Assembly (NCBI GenBank): GCA_964387845.1 | Contig: CAYLXA010000012.1 | Coordinates: forward strand, 1-64,000 | Source: an uncultured bacterium | GTDB lineage: Bacteria > Omnitrophota > Omnitrophia > Omnitrophales > Abzuiibacteriaceae | Reading direction: 5' to 3' | Length of the DNA: 64,000 bases | Shown here: positions 9,162-17,378 of the stretch, piece by piece | Numbering within the stretch: the stretch's first letter is position 1 | How the letters are laid out: every line of letters starts with the position of its first letter | Notes under the pieces: model-generated | Seen by the model: only the letters and a program-made list of their open reading frames with translations | The model's database searches: none | Told to the model about the DNA's origin: nothing | Translations under genes and position numbers: made by a program

Positions 9162-10807
9162 ATCCTGAAATTTCCGATCCGAAATCGCTAAGCCGTATCT
9201 TGCTGATCGAAGACGACCCTGCCGCAGCCCGTATTCTAAAAGCCTCGCTTGAAAGCGAGAGAAATCCGGCAATGAACATCCAATTGGCCAGCCGGATTGA
9301 AGAAGGGCTCCGCATTCTCGGGAATTCTTCCGTTGATTGCATTCTTCTGGATTTGAATTTACCTGACAGCAAAGGGCTTGAAACCATTACGAAGATCCAA
9401 GTCCAATCTCACAATATTCCGATTGTTGTCCTAACGGGTACCGATGATGATGAGATTGCTATCGAAGCGGTCCGGCGAGGCGCGCAGGACTATGTTATTA
9501 AAGGGCGGGTGGACGGAAAGGTTTTGTCCCGCATTATTCGTTATGCGATGGAGCGAAAACGTTTCGATGAAGTGCTTCGGGAAAGCGAGGCCCGGCACCG
9601 CCAGATTGCGGCCAATATTCCGGGTGCGATTTATCAATTCATGATGAAACCCGACGGTTCCGTATCATTTCCGTATATGAGCGACGGTATTTTCAAAATC
9701 TTAGGCATTCAAGCGGAGGAAATTGAAGCGGATTCCGCCAAAGCATTCGGCATGATTATTTCGGAAGATTTGGAACCCGTTAATCTCTCGATTTCAGAAT
9801 CTGCGAAGAAAATGACAATGTGGAAAAAAGAATTCCGGATTAAAACCGCGGGCGGGCAATTGAAGTGGCTGAGAGCAACGTCAAGCCCTCAACTCATGCC
9901 CAATCGTGACATTGTGTGGGATGGTGTAATTTTGGATGTAACGGATTTAAAAAATACGCAGGAAGAGCTTCAGGATGCTAATTTAGAAATTCATCACGTT
10001 TTGGAAAATCTAAAGAAAACGCATCTCGAACTTAAGGCAACACAATCGCAATTAATAGAAGCCGAAAAAATGGATTCGGTTGGGCGGCTTGCGGCCGGCG
10101 TTGCCCATGAAGTTAAAAATCCGCTGGCGATCATGCTGCAAGGAATCGAATATTTATCGAGCGTGATCCCGCCGAATAATTTGGCCGCGCTTTCAACGTT
10201 GCGCGATATTGAAGAAGCCGTGACGCGTGCCGATACGGTTATCCGCGGGTTGCTGGATTTTTCAAGTCTTTCCGAAAGTGTGTCGCGTCCTGAGAATATC
10301 CACGACATCATTGAAGAGGCGCTGTTGCTTGCGAAGCACGAATTTGAGCGCTGTAAAATCGAAGTCGTGACGGATTTCGAGAAGAATTTGCCAAAGGCAA
10401 GGCTTGACCAAAACCGGATGCAGCAAGTTTTCGTCAATTTGATCCTTAACTCTGTTTACGCGATGGAAAATGGCGGAACGCTTAGAATTATGACCAGGTC
10501 TTGCCAATTAAAGGAATTGAATTCCTATATTCAAAGCGGCCCTTATCAACATTACTTTGGTGAAAATGACAAGGTGATTCTCATAGAAGTTATAGATACA
10601 GGAACGGGCATTCCGGCCGATATATTGGGTAAGATTTTTGAACCCTTTTTTACAACCCGCCGCGGAAAAGGCGGCACGGGCCTCGGGTTACCGATCGTGA
10701 AAGGCATTGTTGAAATGCATAACGGAAGGATTCAGTTGGTTAATCAGCCGGAACGCGGGACAAAAGCCAGCATTATTTTGAAAGCTTGCGAGGAGAAAAA
10801 GCCATGA
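9158..10807 (+). CDS. Hybrid sensor histidine kinase with N-terminal receiver (REC–PAS–HisKA–HATPase)
   Basis: REC motifs IEDD...LLDLNLPD...VLTGT...K are present. The H-box is AAGVAHEVKNPLA. The ATPase G-boxes are DTGTGI and GGTGLGL. An ATGA overlap links it to the upstream gene. Confidence 0.85.
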   Translation: MNPEISDPKSLSRILLIEDDPAAARILKASLESERNPAMNIQLASRIEEGLRILGNSSVDCILLDLNLPDSKGLETITKIQVQSHNIPIVVLTGTDDDEIAIEAVRRGAQDYVIKGRVDGKVLSRIIRYAMERKRFDEVLRESEARHRQIAANIPGAIYQFMMKPDGSVSFPYMSDGIFKILGIQAEEIEADSAKAFGMIISEDLEPVNLSISESAKKMTMWKKEFRIKTAGGQLKWLRATSSPQLMPNRDIVWDGVILDVTDLKNTQEELQDANLEIHHVLENLKKTHLELKATQSQLIEAEKMDSVGRLAAGVAHEVKNPLAIMLQGIEYLSSVIPPNNLAALSTLRDIEEAVTRADTVIRGLLDFSSLSESVSRPENIHDIIEEALLLAKHEFERCKIEVVTDFEKNLPKARLDQNRMQQVFVNLILNSVYAMENGGTLRIMTRSCQLKELNSYIQSGPYQHYFGENDKVILIEVIDTGTGIPADILGKIFEPFFTTRRGKGGTGLGLPIVKGIVEMHNGRIQLVNQPERGTKASIILKACEEKKP

Positions 10808-11205
10808 GCAAGAAAAAAATCTTAGTTGTCGACGACGAAGAAAAGTTTTGTAAGATGCTTAAATCCAATCTGGAAAAAAACGGCGAATACGAAGTCCAAA
10901 TCGAAACCAAGGGCGCCAATGCGCTGAATGCGGTGAAAACATTCAAGCCCCACTTGGCATTGATGGATATCCTGATGCCGGACTTGGGTGGATGCGATGC
11001 TGCCGTACAGATCAAGAAAGAAGAGGCGTTTAAAAATTTACCGATTATTTTCCTGACCGCGCTCGCCAAGAAAAATACTTCCGAAGTCTTCGGCGGTATT
11101 GTCGACGGCCGCCCGTTTTACGCGAAGCCGGTTCTTGCTAAGCCCGTTAAAACAGAAGAGCTCATTAAGGCGATCGAAGAAAATCTCGCAAAGCCTGCCG
11201 CCTGA
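10804..11205 (+). CDS. Single-domain response regulator (CheY-like)
   Basis: It has VVDDEE, LMDILMPD, IFLTA and K. ATG overlaps the stop of the histidine-kinase gene (ATGA). Confidence 0.8.
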   Translation: MSKKKILVVDDEEKFCKMLKSNLEKNGEYEVQIETKGANALNAVKTFKPHLALMDILMPDLGGCDAAVQIKKEEAFKNLPIIFLTALAKKNTSEVFGGIVDGRPFYAKPVLAKPVKTEELIKAIEENLAKPAA

Positions 11206-11262
11206 TTCCGCTCTTGACCGTCTGCAAATCCTTACTATAATCAGTGAACCGTAAGGATTTAT

Positions 11263-11829
11263 ATGACGAATACTTCGCATCTTCAAGTCATTAAGCAGGA
11301 ATTACTTCCCAAATTAAAGTCACAAGCCTTTATCCGGCTCGACAAACCGATTACCCTCGCATCCGGCAAAACAAGCCAAGTGTATTTTGACGGAAAACAA
11401 ATCACGCTCATGCCTGAAAATGCTCTTTTATTTGCGCGCGGGATTTTAGAGCTTGTGGCTGATAACAAAATCGACGCGGTCGGCGGGCCCACATTAGGTG
11501 CCGATCCGATTGCAACTGCCGTAAGTTTAATGGCCTATCTGGATCGCGGCAAAAAAATCCCGGCTTTTATTGTGCGCAAAGAGCCGAAAAAGCATGGCCT
11601 TCAGAAATTAATCGAAGGTTATCAGCTTAAAAAGGGCGATAAGGTTCTCATCGTCGAGGATGTCATCACGAGCGGCAAATCGGTTTTGGAAGCGATCAAA
11701 GTCGTCGAATCGATCGGTGCCGTGGTTGCGCAGGTCGCGTGCCTGGTGGACCGAAAAGAAGGCGGGACGCAAGCTCTTTCCCAATACCGTTTCACCCCGC
11801 TTTTCGTGCGCGAAGAAGTTGAAAGTTAA
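11263..11829 (+). CDS. pyrE: Orotate phosphoribosyltransferase
   Basis: A PRPP-binding motif LIVEDVITSGKS is present, on a type I PRTase fold. Confidence 0.7.
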   Translation: MTNTSHLQVIKQELLPKLKSQAFIRLDKPITLASGKTSQVYFDGKQITLMPENALLFARGILELVADNKIDAVGGPTLGADPIATAVSLMAYLDRGKKIPAFIVRKEPKKHGLQKLIEGYQLKKGDKVLIVEDVITSGKSVLEAIKVVESIGAVVAQVACLVDRKEGGTQALSQYRFTPLFVREEVES

Positions 11830-11832
11830 TTT

Positions 11833-12648
11833 ATGAGACTTTTGGAATTCCTCATTTCTCCCATTCAAAGTCTTTACAGCCCCGCATTTTATAGAGCAAA
11901 GCTCAAAGCGTCTTCCAAGTATGGTTTCTTATATTTACTTTATCTCGCAGCCGTCGGCACCGTCGCTTTAGTCAGTTTATTTCAAACGAAAGCCATGCCG
12001 GTTGTGGACCGATTTTCTGAGTGGATGATCCGTGAAATGCCCGAAATCGTTGTGACAGAGGGAATTGTATCAAGTCCGGTTGAACAGCCGTATACGATGA
12101 AGCATTCCGAATTCGGGATGATTTTAATCCTGGATTCCAATAAAGAGAGTTTAAAGCCGGATGAAATCGGCCAAGCCGCCGTTTTTATCACGAAAAGGTT
12201 GATCTATGTTCATAATCCGGTTCAAAACGACACGCAGATCATAGACCTTGCGCAATCTTATGAAGACCTCAAAAAACAAGGCAAGCAAGTGCAGCCAGCG
12301 CGCGTAGACGGAGAAATGCTGCGCCGCCTTTATAATCAAATGAAACCGTCGCTTGCGGCGGTTATCGGAATTGTTACTTTTATTTATTTATTTCTATGGA
12401 AATTAGGCGCGGCGTTTTTGTATTCGCTGATTGCCGTGATCTTCAACCTCTTCCGCGAGAAAAAATACCCTTATCCTGCGCTTTTTAATATCACGATTTA
12501 TGCAATGACAGCAGTATGTGTATTACAGCTGATCGGGCTTTTAACGCAGAATCTTGCGCTCAATATACAGCCGTGGATTGCGATCGGAATTACAACCGCT
12601 TATCTGGGATTGGTTTTCTTCGTTGCCGCACCGGACGAGCCCCGCTAA
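11833..12648 (+). CDS. Hypothetical polytopic membrane protein
   Basis: Several hydrophobic helices are present. No recognisable catalytic motif was found. Confidence 0.5.
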   Translation: MRLLEFLISPIQSLYSPAFYRAKLKASSKYGFLYLLYLAAVGTVALVSLFQTKAMPVVDRFSEWMIREMPEIVVTEGIVSSPVEQPYTMKHSEFGMILILDSNKESLKPDEIGQAAVFITKRLIYVHNPVQNDTQIIDLAQSYEDLKKQGKQVQPARVDGEMLRRLYNQMKPSLAAVIGIVTFIYLFLWKLGAAFLYSLIAVIFNLFREKKYPYPALFNITIYAMTAVCVLQLIGLLTQNLALNIQPWIAIGITTAYLGLVFFVAAPDEPR

Positions 12649-12731
12649 ATCGGCAGCCCCGCGTCGCTTTGCTCCTGGGGCGCTAATCCGCTTTGATGAA
12701 TAATCACTTGGGAATTTTAATGTGGCGGATT

Positions 12732-12802
12732 AGCGGGTGGAGGGAATCGAACCCTCGACTCCTGCTTGGAAGGCAGGGGCATTACCACTATGCAACACCC
12801 GC
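12732..12802 (-). tRNA. tRNA-Gly (anticodon UCC)
   Basis: The reverse complement reads GCGGGTGTTGCATAGTGGTAATGC...cuUCCaa...GGTTCGATTCC. Confidence 0.8.
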
Positions 12803-12804
12803 AA

Positions 12805-12890
12805 ATTAGAAATTCAAATCTCAAATCTCAAAATTCAAAACGACGGGCTTTTGATATTTGAAATTTGGATTTTGAATTTGTATAGACATC
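12805..12890. repeat. Intergenic imperfect hairpin with tandem AAATCTC units
   Basis: AATTCAAATCTCAAATCTCAAAATTCAAAA is mirrored by TTTTGATATTTGAAATTTGGATTTTGAATTT. Confidence 0.4.
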
Positions 12891-12917
12891 TTACCGATTT
12901 TTAGCGCGAAATCAAGA

Positions 12918-13484
12918 TTGCTGGACATTCGTGGTACAATGTTTCTCATGAAGCAAATCATCATTCTGGCCATGCACGGCCAATCACCCTCCGATTTTCC
13001 AAAGGCCGAAAAGATGGAGTTTTTCCGTCTGCACTCCCAATTGAGTCATTTGACAGGCAAGGCAAGGGAAGTAGCCCAAAAGCGTCATGACGAAATTGAG
13101 ATCAAAATGCGCAAGTGGCCCAGAACCCAAGAAAATGACCTCTACTACTTCGCTTCCTATGAATTAGCCGAAGCGCTCGCAAAAGCATCGGACAGCAAGG
13201 TGATTGTCGGTTTTAATGAGTTTTGCGCACCGGATATTGACCAAGCGATTGATGAAGCCGTTAAGCTTTCTCCCGATCAAGTCTGTGTGATTACCCCCAT
13301 GATGACTCGGGGAGGTGGCCATTCTGAACACGAAATTCCTGAAATCGTCCGGGAATCCCAAAAAAAGCACCCACAAGTACCTATAATGTATGTTTGGCCC
13401 TTCGACTCTTCTGCGATCGGAGAGTTCCTTGCAGCTCAGGTTGATCGTTTTTTGGCAGGAAAAACCGCCTCGAAACCCTCATAG
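12918..13484 (+). CDS. CbiX/SirB-like chelatase family protein (start probably the Met at 12948)
   Basis: LAMHGQSP and PMMTRGGGHSEHEIPE resemble the His-containing motifs of CbiX. Confidence 0.4.
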   Translation: MLDIRGTMFLMKQIIILAMHGQSPSDFPKAEKMEFFRLHSQLSHLTGKAREVAQKRHDEIEIKMRKWPRTQENDLYYFASYELAEALAKASDSKVIVGFNEFCAPDIDQAIDEAVKLSPDQVCVITPMMTRGGGHSEHEIPEIVRESQKKHPQVPIMYVWPFDSSAIGEFLAAQVDRFLAGKTASKPS

Positions 13485-13630
13485 TTGTATCCTTTTGACA
13501 CGTTTTATAAAAAAATTATAAGTATATATATTTAAACAACTTACGTAATTTTTTGCGAAACACCTAAAAAATCATTTTTATTCCTAAAAACCATACTCGA
13601 AAAAAAATCGTATTTTTTTCAAATTAACTA

Positions 13631-13658
13631 TTGACGAAGATTTTGGTTTTGATAGAAT
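13631..13658 (+). promoter_or_regulatory. Sigma70-type promoter (TTGACG -N16- TAGAAT)
   Basis: A near-consensus -35/-10 pair lies about 150 bp upstream of tRNA-Thr, rpmG, tRNA-Trp, secE and nusG. Confidence 0.55.
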
Positions 13659-13806
13659 GCTTCACCTTTTCGCTCTGGGGAAGACTGTGTAAGTTTGTTC
13701 AGTTTTCTCAGTTGTTCAGCGAAAAAAATTTCTAAATTGCTGCTGCCCTGACTTTGTCAGGACTGCATCAATAACAATCATCATTATTTATTTTTAGATG
13801 ATGATT

Positions 13807-13879
13807 GCTGCTGTAGCTCAGTTGGTAGAGCACGTCCTTGGTAAGGACGGGGTCATCGGTTCAATCCCGATCAGCAGCT
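13807..13879 (+). tRNA. tRNA-Thr (anticodon GGU)
   Basis: GCTGCTGTAGCTCAGTTGGTAGAGC...cuGGUaa...GGTTCAATCC. Confidence 0.85.
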
Positions 13880-14044
13880 GATTGTGAAAAGTTTTTTGGT
13901 AGAGAAGGCGGAAGTGTCGTGGTTTGGTGTCGCTGAAATTCTCCCCTCGAATCTGATGAGGGTCCTACCATCCATTAAGTCGAAGACACAAAAGCATTGA
14001 AAAACAAGACGGTGGAGTTTTTTCATTTTTTTTAATGGTTTAAG

Positions 14045-14194
14045 ATGCGCGAAATTATCACGTTAGCTTGTACCGAGTGCAAGCGGCGTAATTATACGAC
14101 TCGGAAGAATAAGAAGAAAACAACCGAACGGCTCGAACGGAAAAAGTTCTGCCGATTCTGCCGGAAACACACGGCTCACAAAGAAACAAAATAA
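14045..14194 (+). CDS. rpmG: 50S ribosomal protein L33
   Basis: Translation gives [50 protein letters not shown] Cys4 Zn-ribbon is present. It is missing from the ORF track because it is under 60 aa. Confidence 0.85.
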   Translation: MREIITLACTECKRRNYTTRKNKKKTTERLERKKFCRFCRKHTAHKETK

Positions 14195-14231
14195 TGAACC
14201 AGGGTCGCGGCAGTTTGGCGTACGGAAACGA

Positions 14232-14302
14232 AGGAGCGTCGGTTAATGGTAAACCACCGGTCTCCAAAACCGGAACTGCAGGTTCGATTCCTGCCGCTCC
14301 TG
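14232..14302 (+). tRNA. tRNA-Trp (anticodon CCA)
   Basis: AGGAGCGTCGGTTAATGGTAAACC...cuCCAaa...GGTTCGATTCC. Confidence 0.85.
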
Positions 14303-14363
14303 TAGTTGTGGTCGGAGCTGGCAGTCACCTGAAATAATTCGAAAGAAATCAGGCAATCAACAA

Positions 14364-14549
14364 ATGGCGAGTAAATTTTTTTCATTTTTTACGGAAACAA
14401 AGCAGGAATTAAGCCGGGTCAATTGGCCGAGCCGAGAAGAGCTTGTACAGTCTACCTGGCTGGTAATCGTGGTGACGATGATTTTGGCGCTTTTTATCGG
14501 TGCCTGCGATTTCGTATTCTCTTTTTTAGTTAGAGTTGTTTTAGGTTAG
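14364..14549 (+). CDS. secE: Preprotein translocase subunit SecE
   Basis: The protein is 61 aa with a single TM helix. It sits immediately upstream of nusG. Confidence 0.8.
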   Translation: MASKFFSFFTETKQELSRVNWPSREELVQSTWLVIVVTMILALFIGACDFVFSFLVRVVLG

Positions 14550-14554
14550 GAATT

Positions 14555-15085
14555 ATGAGCGCTCGTTGGTACGTAGTTCATACGCAAACAGGTGTGGAAG
14601 CGAAGGTCAAGACGAACTTGGAAACTCGCGCACAGCTGGCGGGGCTTTCGCACATGATTCACCAGGTTTTGATTCCGACCGAGAAGGTCAGCGAAGTCAA
14701 AGAGGGAAAGAAAAAGATTTCAGAGCGCAAATTTTTCCCCGGGTACATTCTGGTGGAAATGGATTTGACCGACGAAAGTTGGTACCTGGTAAAGAATACG
14801 CCGGGCGTTTCTGGATTTGTCGGATCGGGCAAGAAGCCGATTCCGCTGGGCGACTCGGATATTCAAAACGTGTTGGTTCAGCAAAAAGAAAAAGCTGAAA
14901 AACCGAAGCCGAAGGTTGAATTTGAGATCGGCGAAAACGTGCGCGTGAAGGAAGGTGCCTTCGCGAATTTTAACGGGACAGTGGAAGAAATGAATCCGAA
15001 CCGCGGCAAAATGAAAGTGATGGTCAGCATTTTCGGGCGTCAAACGCCGGTTGAGTTGGAATATTGGCAGGTAGAGAAGATCTAA
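14555..15085 (+). CDS. nusG: Transcription termination/antitermination factor NusG
   Basis: An NGN domain plus a C-terminal KOW are present. Its position is conserved. Confidence 0.9.
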   Translation: MSARWYVVHTQTGVEAKVKTNLETRAQLAGLSHMIHQVLIPTEKVSEVKEGKKKISERKFFPGYILVEMDLTDESWYLVKNTPGVSGFVGSGKKPIPLGDSDIQNVLVQQKEKAEKPKPKVEFEIGENVRVKEGAFANFNGTVEEMNPNRGKMKVMVSIFGRQTPVELEYWQVEKI

Positions 15086-15095
15086 GAGAAAAACA

Positions 15096-15518
15096 ATGCC
15101 TAAAAAAATTACGACAAAAATTAAATTGCAAGTAACAGGCGGACAAGCGAATCCCGCGCCGCCAATCGGCCCCGCGCTTGGTCAGCACGGCTTGAACATT
15201 ATGGATTTCTGTAAGCAGTTCAACGAGAAGACCAAGGATAAGCAAGGCATCGTGGTTCCGTGCGTCATTAGTGTTTATGAAGACAAGTCTTTTTCTTTTA
15301 TTATGAAAACGCCGCCCGTGGCGAATCAGTTGAAGCGGGCAGCGGGCCTCGCGAAAGCAAGCGGTGAGCCGAATAAGCTTAAAATCGGAAAAGTGACGCG
15401 TGCAGACGTTGAGCGGATTGCCAAAGACAAGATGGCCGACCTCAACACAAACAAACTCGAAAGTGCCATGAGAATGGTGGAAGGCACGGCGCGCAGCATG
15501 GGAATTGAAATCGCATGA
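15096..15518 (+). CDS. rplK: 50S ribosomal protein L11
   Basis: Conserved sequence [11 protein letters not shown]. Confidence 0.95.
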   Translation: MPKKITTKIKLQVTGGQANPAPPIGPALGQHGLNIMDFCKQFNEKTKDKQGIVVPCVISVYEDKSFSFIMKTPPVANQLKRAAGLAKASGEPNKLKIGKVTRADVERIAKDKMADLNTNKLESAMRMVEGTARSMGIEIA

Positions 15519-16228
15519 GACCGAAAAGCAAACGATATAAATCAATCGCAAATGTAGCGGAAAAGGGCAAGCTTTATCAAGTTGCCGAAGCCATCAAGCT
15601 GCTTAAGCAGCTTCCGGCGCGCAAGTTTGATGAAAGTTTGGAGCTCCATTTCCAGCTCGGCATTAAGCCGGATCAATCGGGTGAAATGGTCCGCGGATCC
15701 GCGGCGCTTCCGTTCGGCAGCGGTAAAAAGGTCCGTATCCTTTGTTTCTGCAAAGGTGAAGGCGTAAAAGAAGCTGAAGCCGCCGGTGCTGATTATGTCG
15801 GCGCAGAAGAGTTGATTGCAAAAGTGCAGGGCGGCTGGATGGATTTTGACGCGGTTGTGGCGCATCCCGATATGATGCGTGAAGTCAGCAAGCTTGGAAA
15901 AGTTTTAGGCCCCAAAGGCCTTATGCCCACCCCGAAATCAGGAACCGTTACTACCAATTTACCGAAAGCAATTAAAGAAATTAAAGCAGGCCGCGTCGAC
16001 TTTAAAAGCGACAAAACAGGCGGGCTTCATGTGTCATGCGGAAAACTTTCTTTCGAAGAAAACGCGCTTGTCGGAAATGCTACTTCCGTAATTAGCGCAG
16101 TTGTTCAGGCGAAACCGCAAGGCGCAAAACCCGATTTTCTGAAACGTGTTTATATGTCCTCGACACAAGGCCCCGGAGTTCAGCTTCAAGTTTCACAATT
16201 CACCGCAGCAAAAGAAGAGAACGACTAA
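15515..16228 (+). CDS. rplA: 50S ribosomal protein L1
   Basis: Conserved sequence and operon position. Confidence 0.95.
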   Translation: MRPKSKRYKSIANVAEKGKLYQVAEAIKLLKQLPARKFDESLELHFQLGIKPDQSGEMVRGSAALPFGSGKKVRILCFCKGEGVKEAEAAGADYVGAEELIAKVQGGWMDFDAVVAHPDMMREVSKLGKVLGPKGLMPTPKSGTVTTNLPKAIKEIKAGRVDFKSDKTGGLHVSCGKLSFEENALVGNATSVISAVVQAKPQGAKPDFLKRVYMSSTQGPGVQLQVSQFTAAKEEND

Positions 16229-16229
16229 A

Positions 16230-16760
16230 ATGAATAAAGAAAAAACACCCTCAGCTGAAAAAGAACTGCTGTTAAATCAATTATTGCAAGTCCTCGAGGG
16301 ATCGAACTATGTGTTTTTTGCCAAGTTCAAAGGCATTTCGGCCTCTGATCTTAACGACCTCCGCCGGAAATTGGACAAATCCACCGAGCGCGTGCTCGCC
16401 GTCAAGAACAGCTTGGCGAAAATCGTTTTAGAGAGGATGAATGCCAAGGAAGCGCACAACTTTTTGGACGGCCAAGTTCTGATGGCGGTCGGTAAAAATG
16501 ATCCGCAGATTGTTTCAAAAGTTCTTGTGGATTTTGCGAAAGACAAAGAAAATTTCCAGTTGCAAGGCGTTTTTATTGATCAAAGAGTTTTGCAAAAGCA
16601 ATTTGTGAAAGAATTAGCCGCATTACCGTCAAAAGAGCAATTGATTGCATCTGTGGTGGGCGGCATTAAAGGACCGATTAACGGTTTTGTTCTGGGCTTG
16701 GGACAAGTACTGCGGTCGCTTGTGAGTGTGTTGGACCAAGTCCAAAAAAGCAAAGCGTAA
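16230..16760 (+). CDS. rplJ: 50S ribosomal protein L10
   Basis: The start is the internal ATG (MNKEKT...), 1 nt after the rplA stop. The track ORF begins at an upstream TTG. Confidence 0.85.
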   Translation: MNKEKTPSAEKELLLNQLLQVLEGSNYVFFAKFKGISASDLNDLRRKLDKSTERVLAVKNSLAKIVLERMNAKEAHNFLDGQVLMAVGKNDPQIVSKVLVDFAKDKENFQLQGVFIDQRVLQKQFVKELAALPSKEQLIASVVGGIKGPINGFVLGLGQVLRSLVSVLDQVQKSKA

Positions 16761-16800
16761 TTACGCGGAATTTTAAATTATTCTTGGAAGGAGAATAACA

Positions 16801-17247
16801 ATGTCAACAGAGGCAACTGTCATGGAAAAAACAGAAGAAAAAGAAAGCGTTAACTTGTCAGACAAGTTAGCAAAGATCTTAAAGGCGATCGAGGAGCTCA
16901 CAGTGTTAGAGCTTGCCGATTTGGTGAAAGGCCTTGAGAAGCGTTTTGGCGTATCAGCTGCAGCAGCCGTTGCAGTCGCAGCGCCTGGCGCAGGTGCGGC
17001 AGCCGGAGCAGGTGCGGCAGCAGCAGCCGAAGAGAAGACCTCATTTCAGGTCGTTCTCGCCAGTGGTGGAGATAAAAAGATCCAAGTGATCAAAGAAATC
17101 CGCGCATTGACCAACTTGGGCCTCAAAGAAGCCAAGGACCTTGTCGAAGGTGCCCCGAAAGTGATTAAAGAAGGCGCCACCAAGGACGAAGCCGCTAAGA
17201 TTAAAGCTGCCGTTGAAGCTCAGGGCGGAAAAGTAGAAATTAAGTAA
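16801..17247 (+). CDS. rplL: 50S ribosomal protein L7/L12 with long Ala/Gly hinge
   Basis: The C-terminal domain ...[11 protein letters not shown]...[10 protein letters not shown] is conserved. The hinge is [24 protein letters not shown]. Confidence 0.95.
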   Translation: MSTEATVMEKTEEKESVNLSDKLAKILKAIEELTVLELADLVKGLEKRFGVSAAAAVAVAAPGAGAAAGAGAAAAAEEKTSFQVVLASGGDKKIQVIKEIRALTNLGLKEAKDLVEGAPKVIKEGATKDEAAKIKAAVEAQGGKVEIK

Positions 17248-17249
17248 GG

Positions 17250-17345
17250 GAGAGAATCCACAGGATTCTCGAACACTTATTCTGAGGCCTTTGGCCGAAG
17301 AGGGGTCTGCGTTTAATCGTAGACTGCTTCGGTAGCTAACAAAGT
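17250..17345 (+). promoter_or_regulatory. rplL–rpoB intergenic attenuator-like hairpins
   Basis: GAGAATCCACAGGATTCTC is a perfect hairpin. GGCCTTTGGCC is a second stem in the 130-nt spacer. Confidence 0.4.
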
Positions 17346-17378
17346 GCCTCGCAATGACTCTTAAAGAAGGAGTAACGA

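Noticed and set aside
13955-13995. Possible hammerhead ribozyme (CUGAUGAG)
   Set aside because: It lacks the GAAA box and the three-helix junction geometry. It is probably a chance match.
14566-14898. 110-aa ORF in an alternative frame of nusG
   Set aside because: It overlaps the conserved nusG frame. Arg/Gly-rich nonsense translation.
16146-16229. Upstream TTG/ATG extensions of rplJ (16146), rplE (35763), rpsH (36529), gatC (55538) and the small REC (10786)
   Set aside because: The internal ATG starts give canonical N-termini and classic ATGA or short-gap coupling. The extensions overlap the preceding genes.
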